Positions 29,201 to 33,670 of a stretch of 64,000 nucleotides of DNA are shown here, piece after piece (within the stretch, counting starts at the first letter, position 1; each line of letters opens with the position of its first letter). Made by a program: the position numbers and the translations under genes. The notes beneath the pieces were generated by a model, which was not told the DNA's origin, searched no databases, and saw nothing but the letters and a program-made list of their open reading frames with translations. Source of the stretch: an uncultured Opitutales bacterium (GTDB taxonomy: Bacteria; Verrucomicrobiota; Verrucomicrobiia; Opitutales; T3Sed10-336); assembly GCA_964645585.1 (NCBI GenBank), contig CAZYAN010000009.1:18480-82479 (forward strand), written 5' to 3'.

Positions 29201-29377
29201 ACCGCTGCCGGCAGGACCTTCCGTAAATAATACCGGCTGCGGTTGCGCCCGCACCTGTGCCGCGATCGCGATTAATGCGATCATCGCAACGGATAGGACG
29301 GCTGCCGAACGGCGAATGAACTGACTGCATCCTGAAGGGATCACGAGAGAAAGAGGATGGGCCATAAGAAGGGCCAA
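11294..29377 (-). CDS. giant (6,027 aa) multidomain secreted/surface protein ending in a Hint domain
   Basis: Single uninterrupted 18,084-nt ORF. The start is TTG at 29377, or more likely ATG at 29365. The signal peptide is RRSAAVLSVAMIALIAIAAQVRA. Approximate modules recognised by eye follow. PPC-like pairs carry the (D/E)YDYW(S/T)FS...RFRVTLAP motif. LamG/ConA-like domains lie at ~28060-28565 and ~21430-22040. SbsA-type Ig modules carry PPEVVSTTLP...NYDLRAAGADGLFDTADDEVY. Two 7-bladed FG-GAP/VCBS propellers lie at ~25190-26170 and ~22960-23925 (DFDGDGFDDLAV, DFNGDGELDLAV and others). An I-set Ig lies at ~22090-22345 (PLSYQWYRNGVAINGATSATYSL...DAGTFHVVVEN). CARDB-like modules are at ~19400-20100. 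InlB-B-like repeats are at ~18690-19330 (GGSVSGGGVYPEGATVTVTATP...YRFVNWAENG). An FN3 pair is at ~17750-18320 and a right-handed beta-helix at ~17150-17660. Many Ig/FN3-like sandwiches follow, then carboxypeptidase-regulatory-like folds and the Hint domain. Confidence 0.9.
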   Translation of the reverse strand: MALLMAHPLSLVIPSGCSQFIRRSAAVLSVAMIALIAIAAQVRAQPQPVLFTEGPAGSGYFSFLADGEFAATGQVSEWALDAETGDLLTVRVEAENGASRPKLRLLNASGQEVGSVNGGTDGVALLQRHVFSSPGTYRVRAFTDHAVSPFQIRFDLGRSLDLEFEPNDSAATASSLISYPGAGEYTLRAGGLLPRNDMSDWYRIGGANAGNEIQVALSRDMGSLAAGEANIAVFRAGSEEALASVDGELLHYAIPETDSYFVRVSPRRVGGGALRFDGNDDIVFLPTETVNGATDLTVEFWFRTTKTGAQSIVSGANAGNDNEILLFFANSTRFEFHTGESSSSMVSWTIPSIADGRWRHFSIVRDQTAGEVRLAIDGVPQGARSTTLNDLQVAADAFLLGQDQDSVGGRFDPNQSVNGDLEELRIWRVARSDAEIAADFDQLLSGGESGLAGYWQFNEASGTAVVDLSPNGRDGVLGGGTEETRPLRVESAAPIDPVWGMDARYLVSVKMTDGVSPEVVGTTLPDEGAASSDIFYQFSVTYSEDMHGGSVTNAANYELRHAGPDNVFGTGDDHVHELSVGTYVDGPTVQLTIADGPLQPGELRLTINTAVTDRAGNPLNPAFVRNFTIETLGQLRFETIGNNSMATATPLDPLVEDPAGSGIRSIGGRGHVVSNSADDYDYWSFSGEEGDRIILASESVGNGGGTGLRYDLLRSDGGSVLSLTSNNGSGQASGVLPATGTYFVRVRHYYGYTGEYRFRVTLAPAPWIAESESNDNTGQADAMAVVLADGIHRASAFGHIHHGDAADFWSFLPIPLTDDVPLYPLPEGTVIRIQQSRPSSSPLEVNLELRNASGNLVASEETGAPSLTYTVPAGQGGRHYVRVSASPGTAGLASQYFLEAELEIPADVVPPEVVSTTLPTGVSTAEIDRFRVDFSEDLLAVPVNDMSNYDLRAAGADGLFDTADDEVYTLAAAPAYASGLNFSMRITDGPLQAGDYRFTVFSAVADRSGNTLEEDYVQFFTLETLGDYVMEQYPNSSFETATSLSSFPAGLFDGSFFAEGTISTGSDPRSIRAADFDGDGFDDLAVALFGPDAVRIFAGNGDGTFAEPVDYPVGSNPIALELADFNGDGELDLAVVNEGSNTLSILLGHGDGTFADAVSYPVGSNPGALAVGDLDGDGHLDVMVSNRSGASVSLFLGDGTGALIAGAAVTGVGTDLRGVALGDFDGDGKLDIAVAAEDNNAIYIRLGNGDGTFGESSAYTPAGRPNGVGVADLDGDGLDDIVAVHTSGTEVSVFRATGGGNFADAVAYSSIGGSSASFEVRFHDLDGDGRPDLVISGRNEVVVRYNRGEMVFESPVRYGANRSVRSAAIGDFNDDGRPDIAAVSATDSTITLLFGRGARILAADPAGTGVRTGAGRGNIADTGTEHYDYWSFSASAGERLLLGSESVGHNSSTGLRYAVLRPDGSELIAMTSNNGTEQLSTILPVTGTYGIQVRHYYNFSGEYRFRVTLAPGDWQAEGESNNNPGQANQPVFTRIDALQRAKVLGYIRHGDAGDVFHFRNTQPGTDVPLADMPVDTEIRIALQLPATSTLSPVIDLLRQDGTAVASATEGETELTFTVAEEGRYYARVRAGSSSSGVAAVYLLELEIDVPRDLEAPEIVSVSLPAEGTTSTALIDRFSANFSEDLKASFVNDPASYELRNAGADGIFETADDEVYTVTTTPSYGAGLSASYFISDGPLQPGDYRFRILDTVEDLAGNPLAEPFVRQFTMAPLGNFILERSGNNSFETGVSLGGPAAGFDGSFRQISSTTVGSSPYSVRTADFDGDGAADLVIAHQGANTVSILLGNGDGSFAARVDYPVGSNPWALEAGDFDEDGFPDVAVVNDGPNTISILLNQGDGTLAAPATYPVGSSPRALAVGDLNGDGVLDLVTANYNGHSVSVLLGNGDGTFAAGAGIDQPNSRPTGVALGDFDGDGVLDLAVANNALNTLSVYAGVGDGTFGAGTEYAVLANPDGVAAGDIDGDGFDDLVSISGSNSQFNLLRSNGDGTFEEPRSYTVGGSSSNREIVLADLRGDGFPDALIARGNNLSIRENRGGWLFDSPAVYGAGSTVRSVTTGDFDGDGLPDLAVVASGGNTLTIYLGREGHFVAEDPVGSGFRSVAGRGAVSSGDVADYDYWTFSANAQDRILLASENLTYSSGTGLRFALIGPDGSELGSITSSYGTEQLSRVLPVSGTYAIQVRHWYNYTGEYRFRILLAPSTWTVESESNDNIGQANTIPLTLNQGAQEGRMLGYLRAGDSGDVFSVGNVTPGTELRFRLSQTPESTFEGTVEVLDKDGNVRFSAPAGRPVIARQPISRAALVGGDVEFSVEAGGAEPLSYQWYRNGVAINGATSATYSLTDVQPEDAGTFHVVVENHVGSRTSASVTLNVLTSSDDAYFQMVQTLGPRGYWRFGESEGTAVADSATADGSQDGVLSGGATFLEEGAIAGDADTSIAFNGSDAYVRVADGANLANFTIAAWVKPTATSGRTIFSRTSGTNFHGNWSHVVHIDGAGKFAHYLYDGTGKTVTGTTTAQAETWYFVAVTAAQNGSMRLYVNGEQEGADVSIGIPWTGGNTYGIGHSTPVGGFFAGQIDEVALFPRALSAQEIADLYAAAGWTGGTTGGTITALSVDEADMDFAYVVESEGAHYIRLRPNSGTAGLMADYRLYVDVIDEVAPFITSNSLPEEGASTLALIDRFTLGFSEDMLAETVNDSANYELRGAGPDGLFDTEDDVLWEVVPLSSYSTGLTASLRVAGGNLQPDEYRFTAKTGLKDRAGNPLAAAHTRHFAIAQIPGFASEREPNDSRETATDLAMTSSQPGLISGAGRGFLLNTADVEYWAFEAEEGDILVLVSENPGNPGSSGMNFRIEREDGSILWTFQPASNGRGLSTPMVIPATGKYYLRVWPWYSYYNEHRFRLSLYRGIEVELEPNESIATATPLTLSPVEGGRAGAVGGFAWVSGDLDYFSLGTVQAGETIFLSVRLPQSSPMAPVVSLYNADNQYMSEAGSGRPFDGVAEIEITQTGEYFALVRSSGSTGGLMSEYILDALIVPSGGVSFPNLQVVNLSASGVENIKSGETFTIEYEVGNVGSQATQVGVWYDEAVLSANTIFGDEDDFALDLHQRSGVLAPGETYTVTRQVRIPDGIAGSFYVIVRTDSTNVVNEFVLEGDNETFTESPFTVELNDYPDLMVENLTLTGPDGDGVYHVSWETWNRGAAMVTGGFADRVQVRHLATNTVVFDERSEVTEDLAVDAFVPGAASFATALPGNYRVEVRTDADDAHFEYGPDGHAVAEQNLAVATFSITAFFTISLDAVPAEGGSVSGGGVYPEGATVTVTATPDTSVLPYRFVNWAENGAFRSGNASYTFTAIRDRELTAVFALPNYFIAVSANPAGGGTISGGGAHQHGSAVELTANPQPGYLFSHWSEGGTTISTEPVLAFAAVEARSLTAHFTEANPVHEVTTATEPAGIAAVSGAGTFSNGETTTLSAPATVVQDDTEYVFEKFTLNGTHFSGLRTVEKLFTTLDPAEMHFVAHYQARSLRPAVVAASGSKSGAVPAGLAYQISVRFDRTMDPAAVPVATLQSDSETPAPVFPGNGVWSRGAVNNDTFTTPPVTFGAGHDGTFLLHLAGAKDLDGREMEAGTVFEFTVDATPPEHPALTIAATTTSSATVSWSDYTAPADLSAFRIYRHSAPFTSIHEIPVFSGAGKAARSFTFSNLQPDTDYHVAVAAVDAAGNADSALESLLVRLESDLPPPVTISLTNVDLSGVRLSWPSYPKNGLVGFAGFRVFVSDAPFTSVAGMTPVAELGAAASMFEHLNLDRTREYHFAVVGFNRIGEFDPAVTSVRWSDPLAGAIAGDLEVGGDGETEIVVHESLVVTNGARLTVQPGTTLRFVDGAGLTVENGALIAEGTAIAPIHFTSANEEGGTAAPGDWTGIAIGPNAGDSILHHVWVRYGDGIQISDTNADLNALRLAWNTTGITFDGVSAQLVGDSLALLNQTGIDLSGNSSVTLIDSVVKSNGVNARAETGSTLTAQGNWWGTSLAPEIEAGLEGNVDAANPLVQEPVLAPAAAAAGGISQTGTRNLGVTLASPNAVAYRISEDSTFSGTFFQDVPVQDESDIYTAYPYDVTFELSPSGGLKTVFVQFQSVSGETSPAVSFPIEYVTDGPAIAEFNLSEGQLVTRPTEVTGSATAVLGVASIEFLVNGVPVLTASGGNLSGQWNPQGLSPGIYRVMLRATDNGGRVATREHNVTVQPTPPAAPRITSPADGFLTNADTVDVEGTAEASVSVRLTRNGVPMATAEVGADGRFAFADVELVEGSNEFSVIAFDDLGSGSSLPVTVERDTGPPASVILEEPVFSPSEGVSFTWRYQPDGKRAATFRLLWDEEPFSAAEEASGQAEAGFAMDYTVDGLPTGIYFFAVVGVDNAGNMSPISNLREVDYDTSPPAFTISYSHASPVGPGTLTISLTADEPLAATPMLTLRAQGASSPITVTLSQVSQLVYQGTFPVSPLSASSGVAEVRVSGRDLVGNEFVGTPAGPALVFDLTRPTGVVTIDRAVPVQVLADVTMEVGLALSKPVPAGMTPELSFRAPDGQNLAIALTGEGASWSGTLTLTPAMGSGFGEFFLETVDALGNEGTVIADGAEIEIYTTALPEPPPVPVGLRTTSLAGGEIRLEWDAASGAEEYAVFRREDGSLEAGELLAAGVTATEFVDLPPADGTYLYSITASRFSSESAASNEVPGVSDRTPPGKPLNLAASLGVTGIRVSWEAPAEEEVPAAYRVYRNGTVIRTVSSAGEINDSPPRGEITYAVAAVDAVGNENLSDSATLELHVGAVTSLRVTVEDGFAPLLQWNSPDPTAVGVNIYRNGAKRNTIPVVGTLYQDTLTIGTEPVSYAVRTVNASGQESAARALTVYPIELSARFNPGNDGADQPMRAVYFDRYEVSATNLAGAQGWSLHEIGLRRTSSEEPEVSIRKAINAFVLSGESAVETLVFPGVSHSAGARLFEIEALQQVDDGGSQAIYRRTVSYNAVTSPGLMMSVTTPSAPLAGGLNEFTVTVFNRGYADMDVVLIREGGAEPGDLSIAVLNPQGVEMSRTSFASLVPGLIFAPDGTGFWRLQPGESRTVTVPDVLIPEVLGEGGGAILQAELAKIYHAIGTAEERVSGPLVGMMSSGLTQTPYYGTSMSDKALYADDDTVILTGQALDRETGLPVPEVPLHIGFSTRGIHWFEETTTDANGNYAFEYRPTAGLGGSFQVWAAHPDVVDRLDQTAFQFYRVYSAPARGTIRMSKNDTLDFSIGLINPGDLPLTDFALEFSAFEVIDGEKVATEALTGSLVEAVPSLAAGGQRRTVKLRLQAELESPDHALVEFRLVSAEGASALFTGEVSLLAANPILAVPSPRVGYVQASLNRGEIFSREVTIENRGLRTLEDAVMILPAEYSWMTVNLPMEPDGTVLLPDLEVGETFTFSVVLTPPSSLDQGFYNDTITIRGGNTVSDFHLNIFTRITSSQTGSVQFLVDNVLVLPVPNATVLMRNALLGIEAGPFETDAEGEVVVPDLMEGDWSWRVTAAGHSGTTGIVRVSPDETTTVETRLDRSMVTVNFSVVPVPYTDRYEIKIEQTFQTRVPVPVLVMTPQNVTLSEVEPGFVGTVMFEVRNEGLISVFDAEIFGKRVESAELTPLITYIPEIRAQETILIPTRVEYFGTEEELAAGGGGGRVAMGEGGGSLGDAIDCYKNFKYGDVTLTLLARGESECPDGASYYPGASATINIDKLLDFACKGVSGKILKKIKVVKAVCIANTIIKGLACALAQLPEGQITGRPLPSGGGGGTVWGGGGSWPMTAAACVTGETLVTLADGSVRRIDELAVGDRLFSGSGIGNPVAEIRTRESAKVREIFYEPVFGGAGSSLKVTNDHRIWVDGTGWTAAVNVEAGDWLHGDDGRLWKVTRVAELPERETVYTLHMEDDGVFYAGGILLEHECGAPGTELFEAFVEMGIEP
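11354..11755 (-). other. Hint (Hedgehog/intein, bacterial intein-like) domain, residues ~5875-6008 of the giant protein
   Basis: Block A with the nucleophile is AAA|CVTGETLVTLADGSVRRIDELAVGDRLFS; Cys5875 is codon 11753-11755. The TXXH block is LKVTNDHRIWV. The C-terminal blocks are VYTLHMEDDGVFYAGGILLEHE followed by Cys. Only CGAPGTELFEAFVEMGIEP (19 aa) follows. Confidence 0.75.
11756..12169 (-). other. poly-Gly-bracketed Cys/Lys-rich cassette immediately upstream of the Hint domain
   Basis: The sequence is AAGGGGGRVAMGEGGGS...DCYKNFKYGD...ECPDG...KLLDFACKGVSGKILKKIKVVKAVCIANTIIKGLACALAQL...PSGGGGGTVWGGGGSW. Five Cys and a Lys-rich amphipathic stretch are present. The local DNA (about 11880-11990) is visibly AT-richer than the surrounding ORF. 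Confidence 0.6.
22345..27470 (-). repeat. intragenic tandem super-repeat with a ~2.24-kb period (PPC-PPC-SbsA_Ig-FG-GAP propeller unit)
   Basis: The DYDYW-type codon block recurs at 27329, 25088 and 22853 (spacing 2241 and 2235 nt). A more diverged fourth copy sits at 20750. Units are clearly paralogous at protein level but diverged at DNA level, so this is not an assembly duplication. Confidence 0.8.
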
Positions 29378-29650
29378 TTATCGAAATTACGGGCAGAGGA
29401 ACAACGAAATATCCAGTTGTGCCGGCTATTAGAAAGTTAGCTAATCGCACGCTGCCCCGACGCTGGTTAACCCGCCAGTCAACGGAATCTCTTTTCCTCA
29501 TTCAAGCCATAAAGGCCGCTTTCGGCCCAAAACCTGCTAGCATTAGGAATTCTAATTCGATGGACCAGCGGCGCACGAGGCCGATTCCGCGGGCATCCAA
29601 CCGCGCACCTCACGGCCGGGAGATGGCTGCCCGCCGCTCCCCGGCGAGCT

Positions 29651-30535
29651 CTACGCTTCCCACCGCCCGTATATCCCGCACGGCAAAATTTTGCCGTCAG
29701 CCTGGATCGGCAGACCGACCTCGCCGGAGGTAATCGTCCCTCCAGCGTCCGCGAAGAGCGCCTGGAGCAGATTGGCGACGACAGTCGGCGACAGCCGCGC
29801 GGTGTACGCGTTGAGCAGAAAGAACAGCGGATTGTCCGAGAGCACCCGGCGGCATTCGGCAAGCAGCTCCCAGAGGTGCTCCTCAAGCTTCCACATCTGG
29901 CCCTGGCTGCCTCGGCCGTATGTCGGCGGATCCATGATGATCGCGTCATACTTCCGGCCGCGCCGAATTTCGCGGCGGACGAATTTGAGACAGTCGTCAG
30001 CGATATAGCGGATCGGATGGTCCTTTAGACCCGATAGCGAGGCGTTCTCCCGGCACCAGCGAACCATCCCTTCCGCCGCGTCGACGTGACAGACCGACGC
30101 GCCCGCCGCGGCAGCAGCCACGGTCGCGCCGCCCGTGTATCCAAAAAGATTCAGCACCGAAATCGGCCGTCCCGCTCCGCGAATTCGGTCCGAAAACCAG
30201 TCCCAGTTAACCGCCTGCTCAGGAAACAGCCCGGTGTGTTTAAAATCCGTCGGACGGATACGAAAGCGGAACGCGCCGTATCCAATGACCCAAGATTCCG
30301 GGAGCGGCCGGCGAAATTCCCACTTCCCGCCTCCGCGGCTGCTCCGATGATAATATCCGTCGAAGCCGCTCCACTCTTCGCCCGACGCGCGCGGCCAAAT
30401 AATCTGCGGATCCGGCCGGACCAGCACATATTTGCCCCACCGTTCCTGCTTCATTCCGCTGCCGCAATCCAGCAAGGCGTAATCCGCCCAGCTGTCGGCA
30501 AGCAACATCGATGACGATGACCGGCTCTCGCTCAC
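29651..30535 (-). CDS. class I SAM-dependent methyltransferase (RlmI/PF10672-like catalytic domain without a PUA domain)
   Basis: 294 aa. The SAM motif is LNLFGYTGGATVAAAAAGASVCHVDAAE, the catalytic-region motif is YDAIIMDPPTYGRG, and FKHTGLFPEQ is also present. Confidence 0.8.
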   Translation of the reverse strand: MSESRSSSSMLLADSWADYALLDCGSGMKQERWGKYVLVRPDPQIIWPRASGEEWSGFDGYYHRSSRGGGKWEFRRPLPESWVIGYGAFRFRIRPTDFKHTGLFPEQAVNWDWFSDRIRGAGRPISVLNLFGYTGGATVAAAAAGASVCHVDAAEGMVRWCRENASLSGLKDHPIRYIADDCLKFVRREIRRGRKYDAIIMDPPTYGRGSQGQMWKLEEHLWELLAECRRVLSDNPLFFLLNAYTARLSPTVVANLLQALFADAGGTITSGEVGLPIQADGKILPCGIYGRWEA

Positions 30536-30732
30536 CCTGCTACTTGAGGCGAGTTCCCAACTGGATTCAACCCGGAACCGCGAAACCGAACAGATTTGTC
30601 ATTTCTCATTTTTCCTTTTCCATCTGTCATTCTTCATGGGAAATACACCCCCAATCCAGCAACCGCTCCACGGATTCTCCCGCTCCCAATCCCCAGATCT
30701 ATAATTTCAAATCTAAAATCTAAAAGAATGCC

Positions 30733-31506
30733 ATGTTCTTCTTCTTCGCTACCTGGGCCGATTGGATCGCATCCGAAGCGGCTGCACGCGCAGTCCGCGT
30801 CGCACTGACCCTGCTCATCGGCTTGCCGCTGATCATTCTCGCCGCCCGGGCTGTCGCGCGGCTGGCGACCGCTCGGATTTCCCCGCACGCGGGAATGCTT
30901 CTCTCCAAGGCGGTTTATTACACCGGCATTTTCGTTATCATCATGACCACGCTCCGGGAGTTCGGGTGGCACCTTACCGCGATTCTCGGCGCGGCCGGCA
31001 TCGCGGGCGTCGCGATCGGATTCGCGAGCCAGACAAGCCTGTCGAATATCATCAGCGGCCTGTTTCTCATTTGGGAGCGGCCGTTCCATATCGGCGACAC
31101 CATCGAAGTCGGCGCCACCAGCGGAACCGTCGATTCGATCGACCTGCTTTCCGTCAAATTGCGCACATTGGACAACCGTTTTGTCCGCCTCCCCAACGAG
31201 ATGCTCATCAAATCGAACCTCATCAACCACAGCCGCTTTCCGATCCGCCGCCACGATATTCCAATCGCGGTCGCGAGCAAAGAAGATGCCCGCCGCGTCC
31301 TGCGAATCCTGACCGATGCGGCAGCCAGCAATCCTCATTGTCTTAAAGAACCCGCCCCGACGATCTATCTCAACGGCTTCAACGCGTCGTCGCTTAACTT
31401 CGTCGTCGGCGTCTGGTCGTCCAAGGAAGATTCACCCGTTCTGCGCACCAGTCTCATCGCGGACATTAAGACGCGCTTCGACGCGGAAGGCATCGAGCCC
31501 CGGTGA
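30733..31506 (+). CDS. mechanosensitive ion channel family protein (MscS-type)
   Basis: 257 aa with N-terminal TM helices followed by GFASQTSLSNIISGLFLIWERPFHIGDTIEVG, the MscS TM3/beta-domain signature. Confidence 0.85.
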   Translation: MFFFFATWADWIASEAAARAVRVALTLLIGLPLIILAARAVARLATARISPHAGMLLSKAVYYTGIFVIIMTTLREFGWHLTAILGAAGIAGVAIGFASQTSLSNIISGLFLIWERPFHIGDTIEVGATSGTVDSIDLLSVKLRTLDNRFVRLPNEMLIKSNLINHSRFPIRRHDIPIAVASKEDARRVLRILTDAAASNPHCLKEPAPTIYLNGFNASSLNFVVGVWSSKEDSPVLRTSLIADIKTRFDAEGIEPR

Positions 31507-31524
31507 AGCAGCGGGCGAATGCCA

Positions 31525-31557
31525 TTCTAAAATAAAAACAAAACCGCCCCGGGGCGG
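31525..31557 (-). terminator. intrinsic terminator of the PRC-barrel gene (hairpin plus U-tract on the minus strand)
   Basis: A perfect GC palindrome CCGCCCC/GGGGCGG lies at 31544-31557. On the minus strand it is followed by TTTTGTTTTTATTTT (31529-31543). Confidence 0.65.
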
Positions 31558-31649
31558 CTGCCGCCGGGACGGTTGCTTGCTAACCTGACTCGAAGCTGTC
31601 GTCCGCGCCGTGCGGACAGCGATCAGCTGCTCGAAACGGATACGGGCCG

Positions 31650-32948
31650 TCAGTTAGGGCTCGGATATTCGCGGCGCGATTCCGCTCCCTGTTCTTTCTC
31701 CTTCTCCTTTTCCTTTTCCTTCTCCTCCTTCATTTTTTCGCGATCACGCCCTGGAGCGCCGAAGATCGACGAACCGCCGCTTTCTTCCCAGCGGAAGATT
31801 TGCGGGCTCTGCTGCGCCTGCGATCCCATCATCCGAGCCTGACGAACCCGCTGGTCGACTTCCTGCTCGCGCAACGTCTGCGCCTGCTCGAAGTCGCTCT
31901 GGCTCGCATTCAGCCGGACCTGATCTTCACCGCTGACCTGCAAGGCCTGCGGAACGACGGCAAACGTGCCTTCCGCCTCTTCGGCTTCCAGGAGCACGAG
32001 GTCCAACTGCCCTTTGTCGATGCTTATCAGGAAGTCGCTGATCTCACCGATCTTTTGCTGCTGCTGGTTTTGAACCTCCGCTTCCATCAGTTTGCTGCCG
32101 AGACGAGTTTGTCCCTTCTGCTGCTGCTGGGTTGAGGATGCCTGCGACCCCGGCTGCCGGGATTGCTGCGAGGACTGCGCGCTGCTGCTGCTGCTGCTCG
32201 ATTGCTGTCCCGGCTGCTGGGAGCGCTGACCGAACTCCCTCGCGGCGGCACCTGGCTGTTCCTGCTGTTCCTGTTGCTGCTGCCGCAATTGCTCGAGCTG
32301 GCTTTGCGGATCCTGCGACTGCTGCTGCTCCTCCTGCTGTTGCTGCTCCCGCTGTCCAGGAGCACCGAATTGCTGCTGCTGAGCATCATAGTCTTCCCCA
32401 AAGAACTGGTAGATCTGGCGGCCGCGCTGCGGCTGACCGAGTTGAGCGATCTCCGCTTCCTGCACAGTGGGTGCCTGCTCCCAGCGCTGCTGATCGATGT
32501 CGACCGTCAAAGCAATCTCCCCTTGCTGGTGCTGAACCCGGACCGCCCGCGACGGGATCGGCTTGAAGTCGCCGCCTTCGGCTCCGACCAGCAGGTAGGA
32601 TACCTCACCCGACTCGAGATTCACGGCGATGTCTTCAACCTCGCCGAGCTCCTCGCCCGACTGCGACTTGACTTCCTTGCCTTTCAGCTCGGACGCCTTC
32701 GTGCGGCTCTGCTGCGACTGCTGCATCCGCGCGCCGTACTGACGCTGCTGCTGTTGCTGTTGCTGCTGTTGCGCCTCCTCCTGCTGTTGCAGCCGCTCGG
32801 AAGGGCTTTGCTGCTGAGTCGCCTGACTCGACCTTTCGGCCTGAGACGGGCGCTCCTGCGCGACTAATGCCGCGCCGAAACTGAGAGCTGTTATCGCTCC
32901 AGCCATAATGATTTTTCGCGATGGGTTCATCATATTTTCTGTCGTCAC
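31650..32948 (-). CDS. secreted PRC-barrel domain protein with long Gln-rich low-complexity linkers
   Basis: 432 aa with signal peptide IIMAGAITALSFGAALVAQ. It has two PRC-barrel-like cores (GEELGEVEDIAVNLESGEVSYLLVG and QKIGEISDFLISIDKGQLDLVLLE). Poly-Q/QE tracts, an S7 run and a C-terminal KEEKEKEKEKEKE are present. Confidence 0.7.
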   Translation of the reverse strand: MTTENMMNPSRKIIMAGAITALSFGAALVAQERPSQAERSSQATQQQSPSERLQQQEEAQQQQQQQQQRQYGARMQQSQQSRTKASELKGKEVKSQSGEELGEVEDIAVNLESGEVSYLLVGAEGGDFKPIPSRAVRVQHQQGEIALTVDIDQQRWEQAPTVQEAEIAQLGQPQRGRQIYQFFGEDYDAQQQQFGAPGQREQQQQEEQQQSQDPQSQLEQLRQQQQEQQEQPGAAAREFGQRSQQPGQQSSSSSSSAQSSQQSRQPGSQASSTQQQQKGQTRLGSKLMEAEVQNQQQQKIGEISDFLISIDKGQLDLVLLEAEEAEGTFAVVPQALQVSGEDQVRLNASQSDFEQAQTLREQEVDQRVRQARMMGSQAQQSPQIFRWEESGGSSIFGAPGRDREKMKEEKEKEKEKEKEQGAESRREYPSPN

Positions 32949-33393
32949 TTTTGATGGTTATCGTCTTCCGGCTGTTCATGAGTCGGAGTGGATCCGAAAT
33001 GGACTGCCCCGCCGGTCTTTCCAACCAAGCACAAGGAATGCCAATCGCCGAAGAACACACCGCGAACGGGACGGCATTTTCCATTGCGCTGATGCGTAGC
33101 GACAAACGCGACAATCCCCGCGGCGCGCGCTGGCGGGCGGCTGGATTTTACGGATGCGGTTCGAGCGAATTGCAACGGGCGGCATCGGTGCCTTGCATCT
33201 TGCAAAGAGAAGCGAATACCGGGCGTCCGTGCGGCCCCTGTGAACCGCACGGCCGCATCTGGAGATCGAATCGCGAACGGCAGGATTACCACCCTTCAAA
33301 AAATCGCCCGCCTCTCTCTCCGCCGTCCTTCTTCGCAAAAAAGAACGGAAAAATCCTTGTCAGGCCAACTCGCCTCCGCCATCGATAAAACCC

Positions 33394-33669
33394 ATGATGT
33401 CGCACGACTCCCCGACGGAAAGCGCCAGACGCTATTGGCGCGTCAACCTTTGCCTGCTCGCTATCCTCCTTCCAATTTGGTTTGTTGTCTCCTTTGCGTT
33501 GAGCATCTGGTGGGCGGACCGGCTGAATCAATTTTCCATCGGCGGCTTTCCCTTGGGATTTTGGATTTCCCAGCAGGGCGCCATCTATGTCTTCGTGCTG
33601 CTGATCCTGATCTATGCCTGCGTGATGGGCCGCCTCGACCGTCGCTACAACGCGAAGGAGGGGCGCTGA
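33394..33669 (+). CDS. DUF4212-type small membrane subunit of a sodium:solute symporter
   Basis: 91 aa with RRYWRVNLCLL followed by two TM helices. It sits 1 nt upstream of the SSS permease gene, which is the conserved pairing. Confidence 0.8.
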   Translation: MMSHDSPTESARRYWRVNLCLLAILLPIWFVVSFALSIWWADRLNQFSIGGFPLGFWISQQGAIYVFVLLILIYACVMGRLDRRYNAKEGR

Positions 33670-33670
33670 G

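Noticed and set aside
29514-29527. Small hairpin GGCCG-CTTT-CGGCC between the 294-aa methyltransferase gene and the giant ORF, as a possible terminator.
   Set aside because: The stem is only 5 bp and the minus-strand U-tract is weak (TTTAT). That is insufficient to call it a terminator. The region is better described as the AT-rich leader or promoter zone of the giant gene.
30690-30732. TATAAT hexamer (30699-30704) and tandem AATCTAAA repeats just upstream of the MscS gene, as a promoter.
   Set aside because: It is plausible, but there is no convincing -35 element, and promoter consensus in this lineage is uncertain. I have not listed it as a feature.
32163-32867. 234-aa poly-Leu ORF on the plus strand.
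   Set aside because: It is the antisense reading of the CAG/CAA-rich Gln tracts of the PRC-barrel gene. The minus-strand ORF has a signal peptide, PRC-barrel cores and a terminator.
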